From an archaeon (GTDB taxonomy: Archaea > Iainarchaeota > Iainarchaeia > Iainarchaeales > Iainarchaeaceae): 64,000 bases of DNA. Positions 47,831 through 57,300 of the stretch are shown here, piece after piece (positions within the stretch are counted from its first letter, which is position 1; every line of letters starts with the position of its first letter). The DNA is taken from NCBI GenBank assembly GCA_035289485.1, contig DATDXA010000031.1, forward strand, positions 1 to 64,000, in the 5' to 3' direction. The translations under genes and the position numbers were made by a program. The notes beneath the pieces were generated by a model, which saw only the letters and a list, made by a program, of their open reading frames with translations, searched no databases and was not told the origin of the DNA.

Positions 47831-47895
47831 CTATTTACTAAAAAATCTTAGTAAAACAAAGAATCTTTTGGTATAATTTAAGCGCCATTATGGCA
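47831..47895 (+). repeat. Diverged direct repeat, right copy, starting with a dif/Xer-like site
   Basis: CTATTTACTAA-AAAATC-TTAGTAAAACA followed by ...GTATAATTT...CCATTATGGCA. Confidence 0.6.
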
Positions 47896-47986
47896 CACAT
47901 TATGCCTTGGCAACAACTGCGTTGTTGATTCAATTTCCCGCCGATTTTGGGCTGTCTTTTATTTGTTTTGCAGCCAGTTCCTTCAA

Positions 47987-48247
47987 ATGCTTCTAGAATT
48001 TTTCGCATACCTAACGGGCCTATTTGGAATACTCATGGCTTTTGGCCATTTCTTCCAGGCAAACAGGATTTACAAAAACAAAAGCTCAAAGGATGTGAGC
48101 CTTGTCAATTACATAATTCTAATGGTCGGCTGCTGGGTGTGGCTCATTTATGGGATATTGAAGCAGGACTACCCGATAATGATAAGCTTTGGGATTTCAG
48201 TTGTAGGGACAACTGCGGTTGTTGCGCTCAAGTTTGTTTACAAGTAG
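47987..48247 (+). CDS. SemiSWEET/PQ-loop family transporter
   Basis: FQANRIYKNKSSKDVS and WLIYGIL motifs; 3 TMs; the PQ motif reads FQ. Confidence 0.85.
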   Translation: MLLEFFAYLTGLFGILMAFGHFFQANRIYKNKSSKDVSLVNYIILMVGCWVWLIYGILKQDYPIMISFGISVVGTTAVVALKFVYK

Positions 48248-48373
48248 TTGGGAACTTAGTTGCCATTGTATTGGTACTTTGAATAAATACTTAACTCTGT
48301 TGGGGGTACTTATAATTGTTTAGGGGTTGAGGGGCCTAGATACTATTAGTTGTTTTTGAAAAATATGTGGCTT

Positions 48374-48904
48374 TTATTCTTTGAAAAAATGCACTAACCA
48401 AAGCGCAAACGAACCTATCAAATAGAAGTTTAGAAGATCAAACAAGAGCCTAATCACTGTAAGAGAATAAGGGTATGATACCTCAATTCCTGATGGAATT
48501 GGTGGCAATAAAACATCCGTTATTGGAAGGTATACAAGCGTAGAAAAAGCATACCATATCCCATAACCGGATAAGGTAAGTATTATGTTGATTTTATTTG
48601 GGTACAAACACTCCGTGAAAGACTTTGCCATAGATATATCATCACTCCAATTCTTTTTATCTCTTACTTTATCTAAAAACCAAAAGGAAAAGCAAGATAT
48701 TAGATAAAATGTGGCAATCTCAGTCACAAGTCTCATAATCCAATAAATATGTGACCCTAAATGCACCCTAGCTACAAGATTTTGGGCAAAAATGTTTTCT
48801 GACGGAGTTAGCAGGATAGTATCTAATAAATAAAATAGCCCGTAGGCAAAAATAACAAAAAGAATTTTTTTCTCATTTGGTTTCAAAAAATAAAATGGCT
48901 TCAT
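48374..48904 (-). CDS. AT-rich membrane protein with internal duplication
   Basis: Two copies of (F/C)L.PN...I.....Y...RL......FYLI..F..W. Confidence 0.7.
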   Translation of the reverse strand: MKPFYFLKPNEKKILFVIFAYGLFYLLDTILLTPSENIFAQNLVARVHLGSHIYWIMRLVTEIATFYLISCFSFWFLDKVRDKKNWSDDISMAKSFTECLYPNKINIILTLSGYGIWYAFSTLVYLPITDVLLPPIPSGIEVSYPYSLTVIRLLFDLLNFYLIGSFALWLVHFFKE

Positions 48905-49057
48905 CTATAGTTCTATCTTTTCCAGAGTTAATATTATTTAGCAATTCTCTCTTAGTTCTCTCTTCCCCCCGGCTGTGAGGGAAAAGTTGCCACACCCGAG
49001 CCATTTTCTAAAGTGCACCTATATTTCTTGAAGGGCATAATATAATTTCCGTAAAAC

Positions 49058-49085
49058 GTTTCAATTCAGCCAATTCAATTGAAAC
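49058..49085. repeat. 28-bp imperfect palindrome GTTTCAATTCA-GCCAAT-TCAATTGAAAC
   Basis: Arms match at 10 of 11 positions; single copy in the window. Confidence 0.6.
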
Positions 49086-49159
49086 ATCGCGACTTCACTC
49101 ACCGGTTCCGCCCATGCGAATATATTGCGCCCCGACAGGGCTCAAATGAATAAATAGTA

Positions 49160-52100
49160 TTACTTCAACCTTACCGAATCCAAATTCCTTATCGCCTGCG
49201 AGCTTATCCCGAACTTTTGCGAAAAGTGCTTTGCAAGCTCAACACATTTCTCGGCTTCGCCGTGATCTGTAAGTATTCTCTTCGGCTTGGGCTTTAGGTT
49301 TCTCACATACGCAGAGAGCTGCATGCGATCAGAGTGCCCTGAAAACCCATCAAGCCTTTCAATCCTAAGATTCACATTCAGTTTTCTTGTCCTTCCGGCA
49401 TTATCCGTAATCGGCAGGCTCTTTACTCCGCTTAGAACCTTTCTTCCAAGCGAGCCTTCACCCTGGTAACCTACAAAAGCAAGTGTATTGACCGGGTTCT
49501 CCGCGAGGCGGTAGAAGTACTGAACGCTTGCTCCGCCAGTTAGCATTCCGCTAGAAGCCAGAATTATTGCTTTCCCGTTCTGTGCAATTGCGTCCCTGTC
49601 CTCCGGCTTTGCAACCTGGAAAATATCTGAAGTGAAGGGCGAATCGTTTTGCAAAACCCTCTTCTGAACTCCCGTGCGCAAATACTCAGGATATGCCGTG
49701 TGTATTGCCGAGCTCTCCTTGGTCATTCCATCAATATACACTTTGACTTCAGGGTCAATTAGGCCTTTTCTGTAATAATTCTCAATTACAAGCTGAATCT
49801 CCTGCGCCCTTCCGACAGCAAACACGGGCACCAAAATAGAGCCGCCCTGATTCACAGTTTCTTGTATGATTTTCAAAAACCTCGCTTCCGTGTCCTCACG
49901 CGCGGTTTGAATGTCATCCTTTCCGCCGTATGTGCTCTCAACAATAAGGGTTTCAAGCCTTGGATAATTTATGTCAACATTATTGAAGAGCCTGCTAAAG
50001 CCGTACTTGATGTCTGCGCTGTAAACCAAGTTGTGCGCCCCCTCTCCAATATGAAGGTGCACTGATGCGCTTCCGAGCACATGTGCCGCATTATGGAATG
50101 TAAGCCTCATATCCGGCGCAATATCAGTAACTTCGCGGTAATCGCGTGTGATGCAGTACTTGAGCATTTCCTTAACATCGCGCTCAGAATAAGGCGCTTC
50201 CTTATTCTCCTTTGCCATGATGTCAAGATAGTCAAAGAGAAGCAGCGCGCCAAGATCACGTGTCGGCTCGGTGTTGTGAAGGCAAATTGGCGCTTCCCCG
50301 CCAACAAAATTCTGGTCATCTTCAACCGAAAAGTCGTAGACAAACCCATTAGTTGGCTCTACCATATTAATCTCTGTAATCGGGAGGAATGCCAGGTCGG
50401 TTTCTGAAAACTCCATTAACTTTTCCCTGGTTTCCTGCGCCACCAAAGAAGTGCCATTGGCACTTTTTACCCAATTCTTATTTAGAAGTTCTGCAAGCCT
50501 TTGCTTGGTGACATGCTTTCTATTTTTCAGCCTGTGGTAAAACCACTCTTGCCCAAAACCCACTTCTTTTAAGGGCAAAATATCGCACCCTTTCTTATCT
50601 AATCTTCTTTTTCCAAAGAACTCGGATAAATTTATTGTGATGCTGTAAACCGTATTTTTTGTTTTTGCTTTCGGCATCGCAATAGTAAATTTGCTGTATG
50701 TAAAGCCGAGTTGCGAGCATAAATATGACAAATCCGAGGCCAAATCCTTGCTGACAGTTGTTGCGGTAGCTGTCTTGTTCAGTTGGTTTATTGTGCCATC
50801 ACCTTCAAAATAGGCTTCCAGAAAAGCTAACTTTAGTTCGTCCCCGACGTTGAATACTATTTCTGGTATTCTTTTACTTGTTGCTTTTTTATAGCCTGGG
50901 AAAAATTCTTTCTTGAATACGTCCAACAAATTTTTAGAATTTATTGCCACCCTAAGCCTTGTTTCCTGGCTTATGCTATCTTTTGCCTCAATGTCGAACA
51001 CTTTTCTAACCGCATTTTTAAGTTCCTCTACAATTCCCCTGTCTTTGAGCCCGAAGGTGAGCCTTATCCCCCTTTTCTCAAAATGACCTTCTGCAGTAAA
51101 ATATCCTAAAATTTTCATGAGGTCTGTGTTCACGCTGATTTTGCCCGGGAGCTTGATTTTGGATCCTTTGCCATTGTATTGCTCCAAGCCAATCGTTTCA
51201 ATTTTTTCATTTCCTGACGGGAGTTTGTGCGGGGCAATAAGATAGTCCCCAATCTTTAATTCGCTGACTTTGGCATCAGAGATTTTTCCATTTTTGAGGA
51301 CAAATACGCTGTGGGATCCCGTTACCTTTACCTTTCTTTTGTTCCTTGTCACAATTTCAAATATTTTGCCTTCAACTTTGTGCCTTATTACTTTTTTGAC
51401 TTTCTTAAAATTAATTTTCTTGTCTTTTGAGAAAGCAGGCACGTATAACTCCTGATTTGGCTGTGCCGCCATGTATTCGTTTTCAGGATAAAAATCCACA
51501 TTCTTCGAGTTGCCGATGATTTTATCTATCACTGCGCCAATTTTTTCTATTTTTATGCGGCCATTTTCCTTTATCATAACCGGTTCTGCATAGTCCACAC
51601 TCATGTACACCGGGCCGCGGTAACCCAGTTTGAACAGGTAAGGCAAAAATCCTATGTGGTCCATGTGCGTGTGGCTAATCACAACCGCATCAAGCTCATT
51701 TATCGGGAAGCGAATCGCGTCAAGATAGGGAAATGCGTCCTCAGAGTTTTGCGCCGCAACATTGATTCCACAGTCCATTAATATTTTTGTCCTGCGGGTT
51801 TCAAGCATTATGCAGCTTCTTCCAACCTGCCTAAATCCTCCAAGAGGAGTTAGCCTAATCCAGCTCGGGCCCGGCTTTTCAGAATAAATTTTCTTTGCAG
51901 TTTCCTGCAAAATCTTTTTGCGCTCGGAAGCATATTTCACAAGGTGGTGCCTAATCCCGCGCAATATTTCACTTGGCGAAGTCGGGCTTCTCAAAATTTT
52001 AGGGGTCCATCCGGTTTGCAGTATAATTTCTTTTGTTGTCATTCCGCCCTTGCCAATTACAAGGCCGGGCTTAAGCGCTTCAATTACAACTTCACTAAAA

Positions 52101-52387
52101 GCTTCCATGAACTGAATGTCCGCGATTTTGGCGTCCTCAGGGACAATTTTCATTATCTTTTCGCGCGCCTCTTTTTCCTCAAGCAGCAGAGATTTGTCCG
52201 CGCGGATATTCACTTTCTTCTTTAGCTGGTGCGCAATCGCGCGCACATAATCCTCGTTCTCGTGGAAAGCGCGGGGATTTTTTGTATAAATCGCAATCTC
52301 AGGCCCTTCAAGGTCGACTGATGAGACTTCGGCTTCCTTTGGCACGATTGCCGCAACAGTTTCCTTTACTTCCTTTAGATATTCCAT
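49160..52387 (-). CDS. fttA: aCPSF1 (FttA) KH + beta-CASP ribonuclease, intein-containing
   Basis: KPGLVIGKGG KH motif; LGGFRQVGRS; SHTHMDH; GFSGHSD; 632 aa after intein removal. Confidence 0.95.
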   Translation of the reverse strand: MEYLKEVKETVAAIVPKEAEVSSVDLEGPEIAIYTKNPRAFHENEDYVRAIAHQLKKKVNIRADKSLLLEEKEAREKIMKIVPEDAKIADIQFMEAFSEVVIEALKPGLVIGKGGMTTKEIILQTGWTPKILRSPTSPSEILRGIRHHLVKYASERKKILQETAKKIYSEKPGPSWIRLTPLGGFRQVGRSCIMLETRRTKILMDCGINVAAQNSEDAFPYLDAIRFPINELDAVVISHTHMDHIGFLPYLFKLGYRGPVYMSVDYAEPVMIKENGRIKIEKIGAVIDKIIGNSKNVDFYPENEYMAAQPNQELYVPAFSKDKKINFKKVKKVIRHKVEGKIFEIVTRNKRKVKVTGSHSVFVLKNGKISDAKVSELKIGDYLIAPHKLPSGNEKIETIGLEQYNGKGSKIKLPGKISVNTDLMKILGYFTAEGHFEKRGIRLTFGLKDRGIVEELKNAVRKVFDIEAKDSISQETRLRVAINSKNLLDVFKKEFFPGYKKATSKRIPEIVFNVGDELKLAFLEAYFEGDGTINQLNKTATATTVSKDLASDLSYLCSQLGFTYSKFTIAMPKAKTKNTVYSITINLSEFFGKRRLDKKGCDILPLKEVGFGQEWFYHRLKNRKHVTKQRLAELLNKNWVKSANGTSLVAQETREKLMEFSETDLAFLPITEINMVEPTNGFVYDFSVEDDQNFVGGEAPICLHNTEPTRDLGALLLFDYLDIMAKENKEAPYSERDVKEMLKYCITRDYREVTDIAPDMRLTFHNAAHVLGSASVHLHIGEGAHNLVYSADIKYGFSRLFNNVDINYPRLETLIVESTYGGKDDIQTAREDTEARFLKIIQETVNQGGSILVPVFAVGRAQEIQLVIENYYRKGLIDPEVKVYIDGMTKESSAIHTAYPEYLRTGVQKRVLQNDSPFTSDIFQVAKPEDRDAIAQNGKAIILASSGMLTGGASVQYFYRLAENPVNTLAFVGYQGEGSLGRKVLSGVKSLPITDNAGRTRKLNVNLRIERLDGFSGHSDRMQLSAYVRNLKPKPKRILTDHGEAEKCVELAKHFSQKFGISSQAIRNLDSVRLK
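50273..51601 (-). mobile_element. Intein with LAGLIDADG endonuclease in aCPSF1 (443 aa)
   Basis: PVYM|SVDYAEPV...VTGSHSVF...LGYFTAEG...FLEAYFEGDG...VYDFSV...CLHN|TEPT. Confidence 0.93.
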
Positions 52388-52512
52388 AAGCTCAACTTCA
52401 GTCCGTTCAGATTTTTCACAATAATTTTTAGTATGCGGGCGATTTTTGCAAATTTTTTAATAAGGAAAATTCGTTAAATGTAAAATATCGGATTCATCCA
52501 AGTGCGCCGCAT

Positions 52513-53151
52513 TCACGCCATTGCGGTTTCCTTTACTATCTTCTCAATCTTGTCCTTTGCGATTTCGCGAACGCCCTTCTCATCTATAACAAAAACAGTT
52601 GCCCCGACTCCGCCCGAATAAATGTCCCTTTTCTTTGCGGCCTCAATTGCCCTGACCGCAAGTGTTATTGCGTCTTTTTCGTTCATTCCCTTTTTGTAAG
52701 AATTATCAAGCGTTACAAGCGCGGGCTCAGTTCCCGAGCCGCTTACCGCATATTTGTCCCGCTCAAGGATTGCGCCCATAGGGGTCAGATCAAAGAGCTC
52801 TGCCTTTCCGTTATAGCCGCCGATTATCAGCTGCACAATGTATGGGTAATACCTGTTAGCATTCATTACATTGGAAAGGAAATTCGCCGCAGCGCGCGCT
52901 GTCATGCGCTCATTGCGTTCAAGCTCATACACTTTCGCGTGGCTTTTTAGGAACCTTATAATCATGAGGCTGTCGCCAACGTCTCCAGCGTTTGTTACCG
53001 CAAGAGAGCCATTAATCTTGTAAATTTTCTCGGACTCGTCCTCGTATGCTATGTGCCCCATTGAGGCGCGCTTATCCGCGGCGAGAACTAGCCCAGAGTC
53101 GTAAATTAATCCTACCGTAGTTGTTCCGGTTTTAAGGTCTTTACTTTCCAT
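52513..53151 (-). CDS. psmB: Proteasome beta subunit
   Basis: KTG/TTTVG propeptide site; ADKRAS, GSG and RDIYSG motifs; adjacent to aCPSF1. Confidence 0.96.
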   Translation of the reverse strand: MESKDLKTGTTTVGLIYDSGLVLAADKRASMGHIAYEDESEKIYKINGSLAVTNAGDVGDSLMIIRFLKSHAKVYELERNERMTARAAANFLSNVMNANRYYPYIVQLIIGGYNGKAELFDLTPMGAILERDKYAVSGSGTEPALVTLDNSYKKGMNEKDAITLAVRAIEAAKKRDIYSGGVGATVFVIDEKGVREIAKDKIEKIVKETAMA

Positions 53152-53216
53152 AAATTCACCAAAATCAGAGGTTATTATCTGAAAGATTGTCCCCCTGAAA
53201 CCTTTATAAAGCTTAG

Positions 53217-53546
53217 TCAGGCGTAAGCCGCTGCCTTTTGCGCCCCTATTTTCTCCATGGATTTGCGCACAAGCCTCTTATCAAGCTCTGAGAGCTGCTT
53301 TACAACTGCGCTTCCCGAATTTATCCTATACATCTCCGCCTTTCCGACCCTGCGCGTGCCCTCCACAATTCCGGCCTCTTCGAGATTTTTCCAGAATGTT
53401 TCAAGTGTGTTCCACGAAACACCCGAATTCCTGCAAATGTCCCTTTTTGAATAATCAAAGACGTCGTTTTCAAGCAGGAAATCAATCACCCTTATGGCGG
53501 GGTAGTCGCCGAAGAATTTCACAAACAGGGATTTTTCAGATTTCAT
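53217..53546 (-). CDS. Winged-helix DNA-binding protein
   Basis: RVIDFLLEN..DYSKRDICRNSGVSW.T...RRVGKAEMYRIN. Confidence 0.8.
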   Translation of the reverse strand: MKSEKSLFVKFFGDYPAIRVIDFLLENDVFDYSKRDICRNSGVSWNTLETFWKNLEEAGIVEGTRRVGKAEMYRINSGSAVVKQLSELDKRLVRKSMEKIGAQKAAAYA

Positions 53547-53602
53547 AATAAAATAATTTCTGCATGGGCATATTTAAATCTTTATCGTTATCATTTCAAT
53601 TT

Positions 53603-53860
53603 ATGAAACTTTCTCCCATTGACGTAAAAAGGCGGATTCTTTACAAAATGGCGAGAAAGAACCTCTGGGGCGGGAAGCATACTGCCTATGATGAGATGTG
53701 GAAACGCGGGCTTCCACAAGAACACTGGGCTGATTTCAGGCACGAACTCGACAACCTCATAAAAGAAGGTTTTGTGGCAAAGAAGCCTACCGGTTATGGC
53801 ATGCACATTTCCCTGAACGTGCGCATGAAGGCCGAAATAGAAAAGATTATTTTTGAGTGA
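53603..53860 (+). CDS. Small winged-helix-like hypothetical protein (WGGKHT motif)
   Basis: LDNLIKEGFVAKKPTGYG.HISLN; divergent from the HTH gene. Confidence 0.6.
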   Translation: MKLSPIDVKRRILYKMARKNLWGGKHTAYDEMWKRGLPQEHWADFRHELDNLIKEGFVAKKPTGYGMHISLNVRMKAEIEKIIFE

Positions 53861-54560
53861 CCGGCGCCTTCTTGGATGCGGCATCTTTCACCGGCTTCAC
53901 TTCAAAGCTTTCCACAATCTCAACTTTCTTAATTTCAGGAATCACATCCTTAATCGTTTTCGAAAAAGGCCCGACAAACGGAGCAATGTTTTTTGCAAGC
54001 TCTTTTGGAAGCTTCACTTTGAGCGCATCGCCATCAAGCATGGTTTGCGCCTTCTCTTTTAGCGGGAAAAACTTTTCAGTTAGAAGCTGCGCCTTTTCTT
54101 TCGAATCCTTAACTTCGCGCACGATTTTGAGTTCGTACTCGACTTCCTTTCCCGCAAGATCGCTGTTCAAATCAACGCGCACCCTTCCGCCGGAAACCGT
54201 CTGCACTTTCCCATAGCTCCCATTAAGGTCAACCACCAAGCCGGGGAGCGGCTGGATATTTCTTTTGCGGAACTGCTGCAAAGGGACAATTACAACAAGC
54301 TCTTTTCTTCTTTCGCCAAAAGCTTTCGCGGCTGCAAGCTTAACCGTTCGCGATTCGCCCTCTTTCATTTCGCGCACTGCATCCTCAAGGCCCGCGAGTA
54401 TGTCTCCCCTGCCAACAATCGTTGGCACCGGGCCAAAAACCGCATTCTCGCGCCAAAAACCATTATCCTTGGCTACCTGCTCTGAAGTTGAGTCAAAAAT
54501 CCTGCCGCTCTCAAGTTCACGCCCTGTGAACTCCAAAAGCACAATGCTGTTTTGTTTCAT
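53847..54560 (-). CDS. slyD: FKBP-type peptidyl-prolyl isomerase (archaeal long SlyD type)
   Basis: GRIFDST, GLEDAV..M..GE, AFGER and VDLNSDLAGK motifs. Confidence 0.9.
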   Translation of the reverse strand: MKQNSIVLLEFTGRELESGRIFDSTSEQVAKDNGFWRENAVFGPVPTIVGRGDILAGLEDAVREMKEGESRTVKLAAAKAFGERRKELVVIVPLQQFRKRNIQPLPGLVVDLNGSYGKVQTVSGGRVRVDLNSDLAGKEVEYELKIVREVKDSKEKAQLLTEKFFPLKEKAQTMLDGDALKVKLPKELAKNIAPFVGPFSKTIKDVIPEIKKVEIVESFEVKPVKDAASKKAPVTQK

Positions 54561-54678
54561 AACATCCCTTCCAAAAAAATGCGCTTTAAAAGGCTTTTTA
54601 ATCGCAATCTACTTTGTATTCAGATAATTTTTAGCCCTGAATGTGTTTTTAAAATCAGCGTGTTTTGAAGGTTTAAAG

Positions 54679-56016
54679 ATGAAACTCACAGGCGGACAGG
54701 TATTTGCTATTTTCATAGTAGTCATAATGCTAGGCTCAATTGTGAGCGTTTTTACTTTTGGCACAGCGCAGCAGCCAGCCCAGCAAGGCCCGAATGTCCC
54801 TGCGCCAATTGAAAACACAACCATTCTCTCATATGATGCAACAGGCGTTAGCGCCAAAGTAATACAGGTTTTCCCAACGGCTCTTCTCATTGCAAACACA
54901 ACCTCTCTTGAAACACTTGAAATTGATACCGCGCTTCGCAAAGTTCCAGGCATTACGCTTGTCAGCGGCTCGCAGTTTGTCGACTCAGAAGGCGCGGGCG
55001 TGAATTTCAGGACCTCTCTTCGTTTTGAATCCGCGGAAAAAATCCCCGCAGCGCTTGCCGCAATAAATGAAATTCCAATCCTTTCCTCAGTTGAAGTTTT
55101 CCCGCAGGCGCTTGTAACGGTGCCAGATTCCATAGAGTTCAAGAACGCAGGCCTTGAACTTACGCTAGGATATTCATTCCCAAGTAAGCAGCTTCAGGCA
55201 TACGTTTCTGATTCTACCAAGAGCGGCGATGAAATCAAAATCACAATCCAGGCCGATTTCAAGGGGCAGAGCTTTGCCGGTTCAGTTGCATATGAAGAAC
55301 AGGAGCCTCAGCAGGCATATTTCGTTGACGGAGAATTCACAATATCCTCGCTCGAATCCGATTATTTCCTGCGAACTACCGCGCCTCTTTCGCAGATGAA
55401 TTTGCTTGAAAGCGCGAAGGCGGAAATAATTGCGGCTTCACAAGACCCTGCGGCAACAATAGAGATTGCGCCGGCGTCAAATTCCACGCTCATTTATTTT
55501 TCAAGCCCTGAAAATATTTTTGAGCAGGATTTGAATACTTTCCTCTCAAATTTTACAGGCGTTTCATCCTTCTCTTTGCAGCTTGACCAGAATTTTGCAT
55601 CTGTAAATTTCGATGGCAACGCAGGCGAGTACACTGAATTTCGCGATTCGCTGCGCGCGCAGCTAGATTCGCTTGGCTTTAAGGTTGCAACAATTACCGA
55701 GCCAGTAGTTTCGCTGCAGGGCAACACTTCCGCTTCGCAAGGCAAGCAGGAGTTCCTTGATTTGGTTGAGGCAAGCGCAAAGAAGAATTCGCTGCAAATT
55801 GAGGTGCTGCAAAAAGCGGTGATTGATGCCAACACAATTTTCGTCCCTGATGTGAATGCAGATTTCGCGGTTGCGCAAGGGAAATTCCAAGCTTATGTAA
55901 ATACCGCGCACAAATCCGGCGATTCTGTAAACCTCTCGCTTCTGATTTTCGGAAGCAAGAAAGACGGTGCCGTGCAGATTCAGGCGCAGGAAGCTGACAC
56001 TGCTGCGCAGCCGTAG
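54679..56016 (+). CDS. Membrane-anchored extracellular hypothetical protein
   Basis: N-terminal TM; internally repeated QAYV....KSGD...I/L motif. Confidence 0.7.
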   Translation: MKLTGGQVFAIFIVVIMLGSIVSVFTFGTAQQPAQQGPNVPAPIENTTILSYDATGVSAKVIQVFPTALLIANTTSLETLEIDTALRKVPGITLVSGSQFVDSEGAGVNFRTSLRFESAEKIPAALAAINEIPILSSVEVFPQALVTVPDSIEFKNAGLELTLGYSFPSKQLQAYVSDSTKSGDEIKITIQADFKGQSFAGSVAYEEQEPQQAYFVDGEFTISSLESDYFLRTTAPLSQMNLLESAKAEIIAASQDPAATIEIAPASNSTLIYFSSPENIFEQDLNTFLSNFTGVSSFSLQLDQNFASVNFDGNAGEYTEFRDSLRAQLDSLGFKVATITEPVVSLQGNTSASQGKQEFLDLVEASAKKNSLQIEVLQKAVIDANTIFVPDVNADFAVAQGKFQAYVNTAHKSGDSVNLSLLIFGSKKDGAVQIQAQEADTAAQP

Positions 56017-56105
56017 ACATTTCAGCAAATGATCGAAAATTACTTATTGAAGCATTGATTGACGCTGAAAATTCGAAATCAAATTGGTGACTTTTGGTCT
56101 TCCAA

Positions 56106-56450
56106 TCACTTCCCAAATTTCTCAATAGCTTCCGCAATATCCCCTTTCGTTTCTTCAAGCGCCTTGCGCGCCTTTTCTTTTGAAACCTTTGCCTGCTCTG
56201 AAACCATTTCAATGTCCGATTCAGGAATTTGCGCTTCCCCTTTTTCCTCTTTTGCAGGGCCGATTACCGTGTAGGTTTTCTGCCCGCCAAGATCCACTGC
56301 GCTAACCTGCGGCTTTTCAAAAACAAGCCTTGAGCCGTCCTCAAGTTCAAATATCACGCGCTTAGTATCAAGGTCTTCGCTTTTGATTCCAAGCTGGCGC
56401 ATCATCTGCTTCATTTTGCGAGGGTCCATTCCTCCAAGCCCTGGGAACAT
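56106..56450 (-). CDS. nac: Nascent polypeptide-associated complex protein
   Basis: MDPRKMKQMMRQLGI; C-terminal UBA-like ALEETKGDIAEAI. Confidence 0.95.
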   Translation of the reverse strand: MFPGLGGMDPRKMKQMMRQLGIKSEDLDTKRVIFELEDGSRLVFEKPQVSAVDLGGQKTYTVIGPAKEEKGEAQIPESDIEMVSEQAKVSKEKARKALEETKGDIAEAIEKFGK

Positions 56451-56566
56451 AAATCAAAACACCAATCATAAATGGGTGTGAGAGGTTTTTATTGGTTTTG
56501 AGGCGCGAAAGCGCAAGGCCCGCAGTTGTAAACCTTTATTAATCGCCTTGCAGTTCCCTCTTTACA

Positions 56567-57208
56567 ATGCCAAAAAATATCCTAAGTTCATTCCGTGCCT
56601 TCTCAGAGAGCTTCGAAGTCCCGGAAGCAGACCCGCGCGCGGACGCCCTCAAGATTTATTTCAACCGCGGCGGAGTGATTTCTGCCGTGAAAACCTCAAA
56701 GCCCTGGCCAAAATTAATTTACCCAACTCCCCTTCGCATGGACGCGCAGATAAAAGAGCTTGAGGCCTTGCGCTCGCATTATGGCAAAAAGGAGAAGGAG
56801 TGGAAGGAGAAATTGCACGGCGCAAAAACATATCACCAGCGCCACCAGGTAATGAAATTTTCCGAGCCGCTCTACTGGCAGCACACCGCAAAATCCCTGA
56901 CCGATAAGGAGTACAAATCAGACGCCCAAAAGGTCGGCCTTCCTGTGCACCTCTCAGCAGACCCCAAGTGGAAACCGATGATTAATATGTTTGTAAATGA
57001 TGTCGAGTACCGCAAGAATTTGGTAGAAACCGTGCAGACAAGCATCGTTTACAAAAAGGACAAGAAGGTTGCAAAGTACGCCGATGTTTTGCAGGCGCTG
57101 CGCTCTGAAATTTCCGAATCAAAGCTAGCGGACCTAAAAAAGAAAATCACACAGCTCGATGGCGAAATAAACGCCCTAAAATCAATAAAAAAATGGGCGC
57201 AGGAATAG
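56567..57208 (+). CDS. Hypothetical helical protein
   Basis: 213-aa Lys-rich ORF. Confidence 0.65.
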   Translation: MPKNILSSFRAFSESFEVPEADPRADALKIYFNRGGVISAVKTSKPWPKLIYPTPLRMDAQIKELEALRSHYGKKEKEWKEKLHGAKTYHQRHQVMKFSEPLYWQHTAKSLTDKEYKSDAQKVGLPVHLSADPKWKPMINMFVNDVEYRKNLVETVQTSIVYKKDKKVAKYADVLQALRSEISESKLADLKKKITQLDGEINALKSIKKWAQE

Positions 57209-57231
57209 CCGTATACTTTTTCCATACTTGA

Positions 57232-57248
57232 CACCGGCACCGAACCCT
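57232..57248 (-). repeat. Intergenic motif copy 3 (AGGGTTCGGTGCCGGTG)
   Basis: Reverse-strand copy of the shared core. Confidence 0.7.
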
Positions 57249-57300
57249 AGTTTTGTTTTTATTCTTCCGCGCGCGCATTCTTTTCTGAGGTGGTTGCTTT

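Noticed and set aside
49058..49085. CRISPR array
   Set aside because: Only one repeat-like unit; no spacer periodicity and no cas genes in the window
48960..49150. Riboswitch or tRNA among the hairpins downstream of aCPSF1
   Set aside because: No recognisable riboswitch consensus or cloverleaf/T-loop by eye; would need an Infernal search
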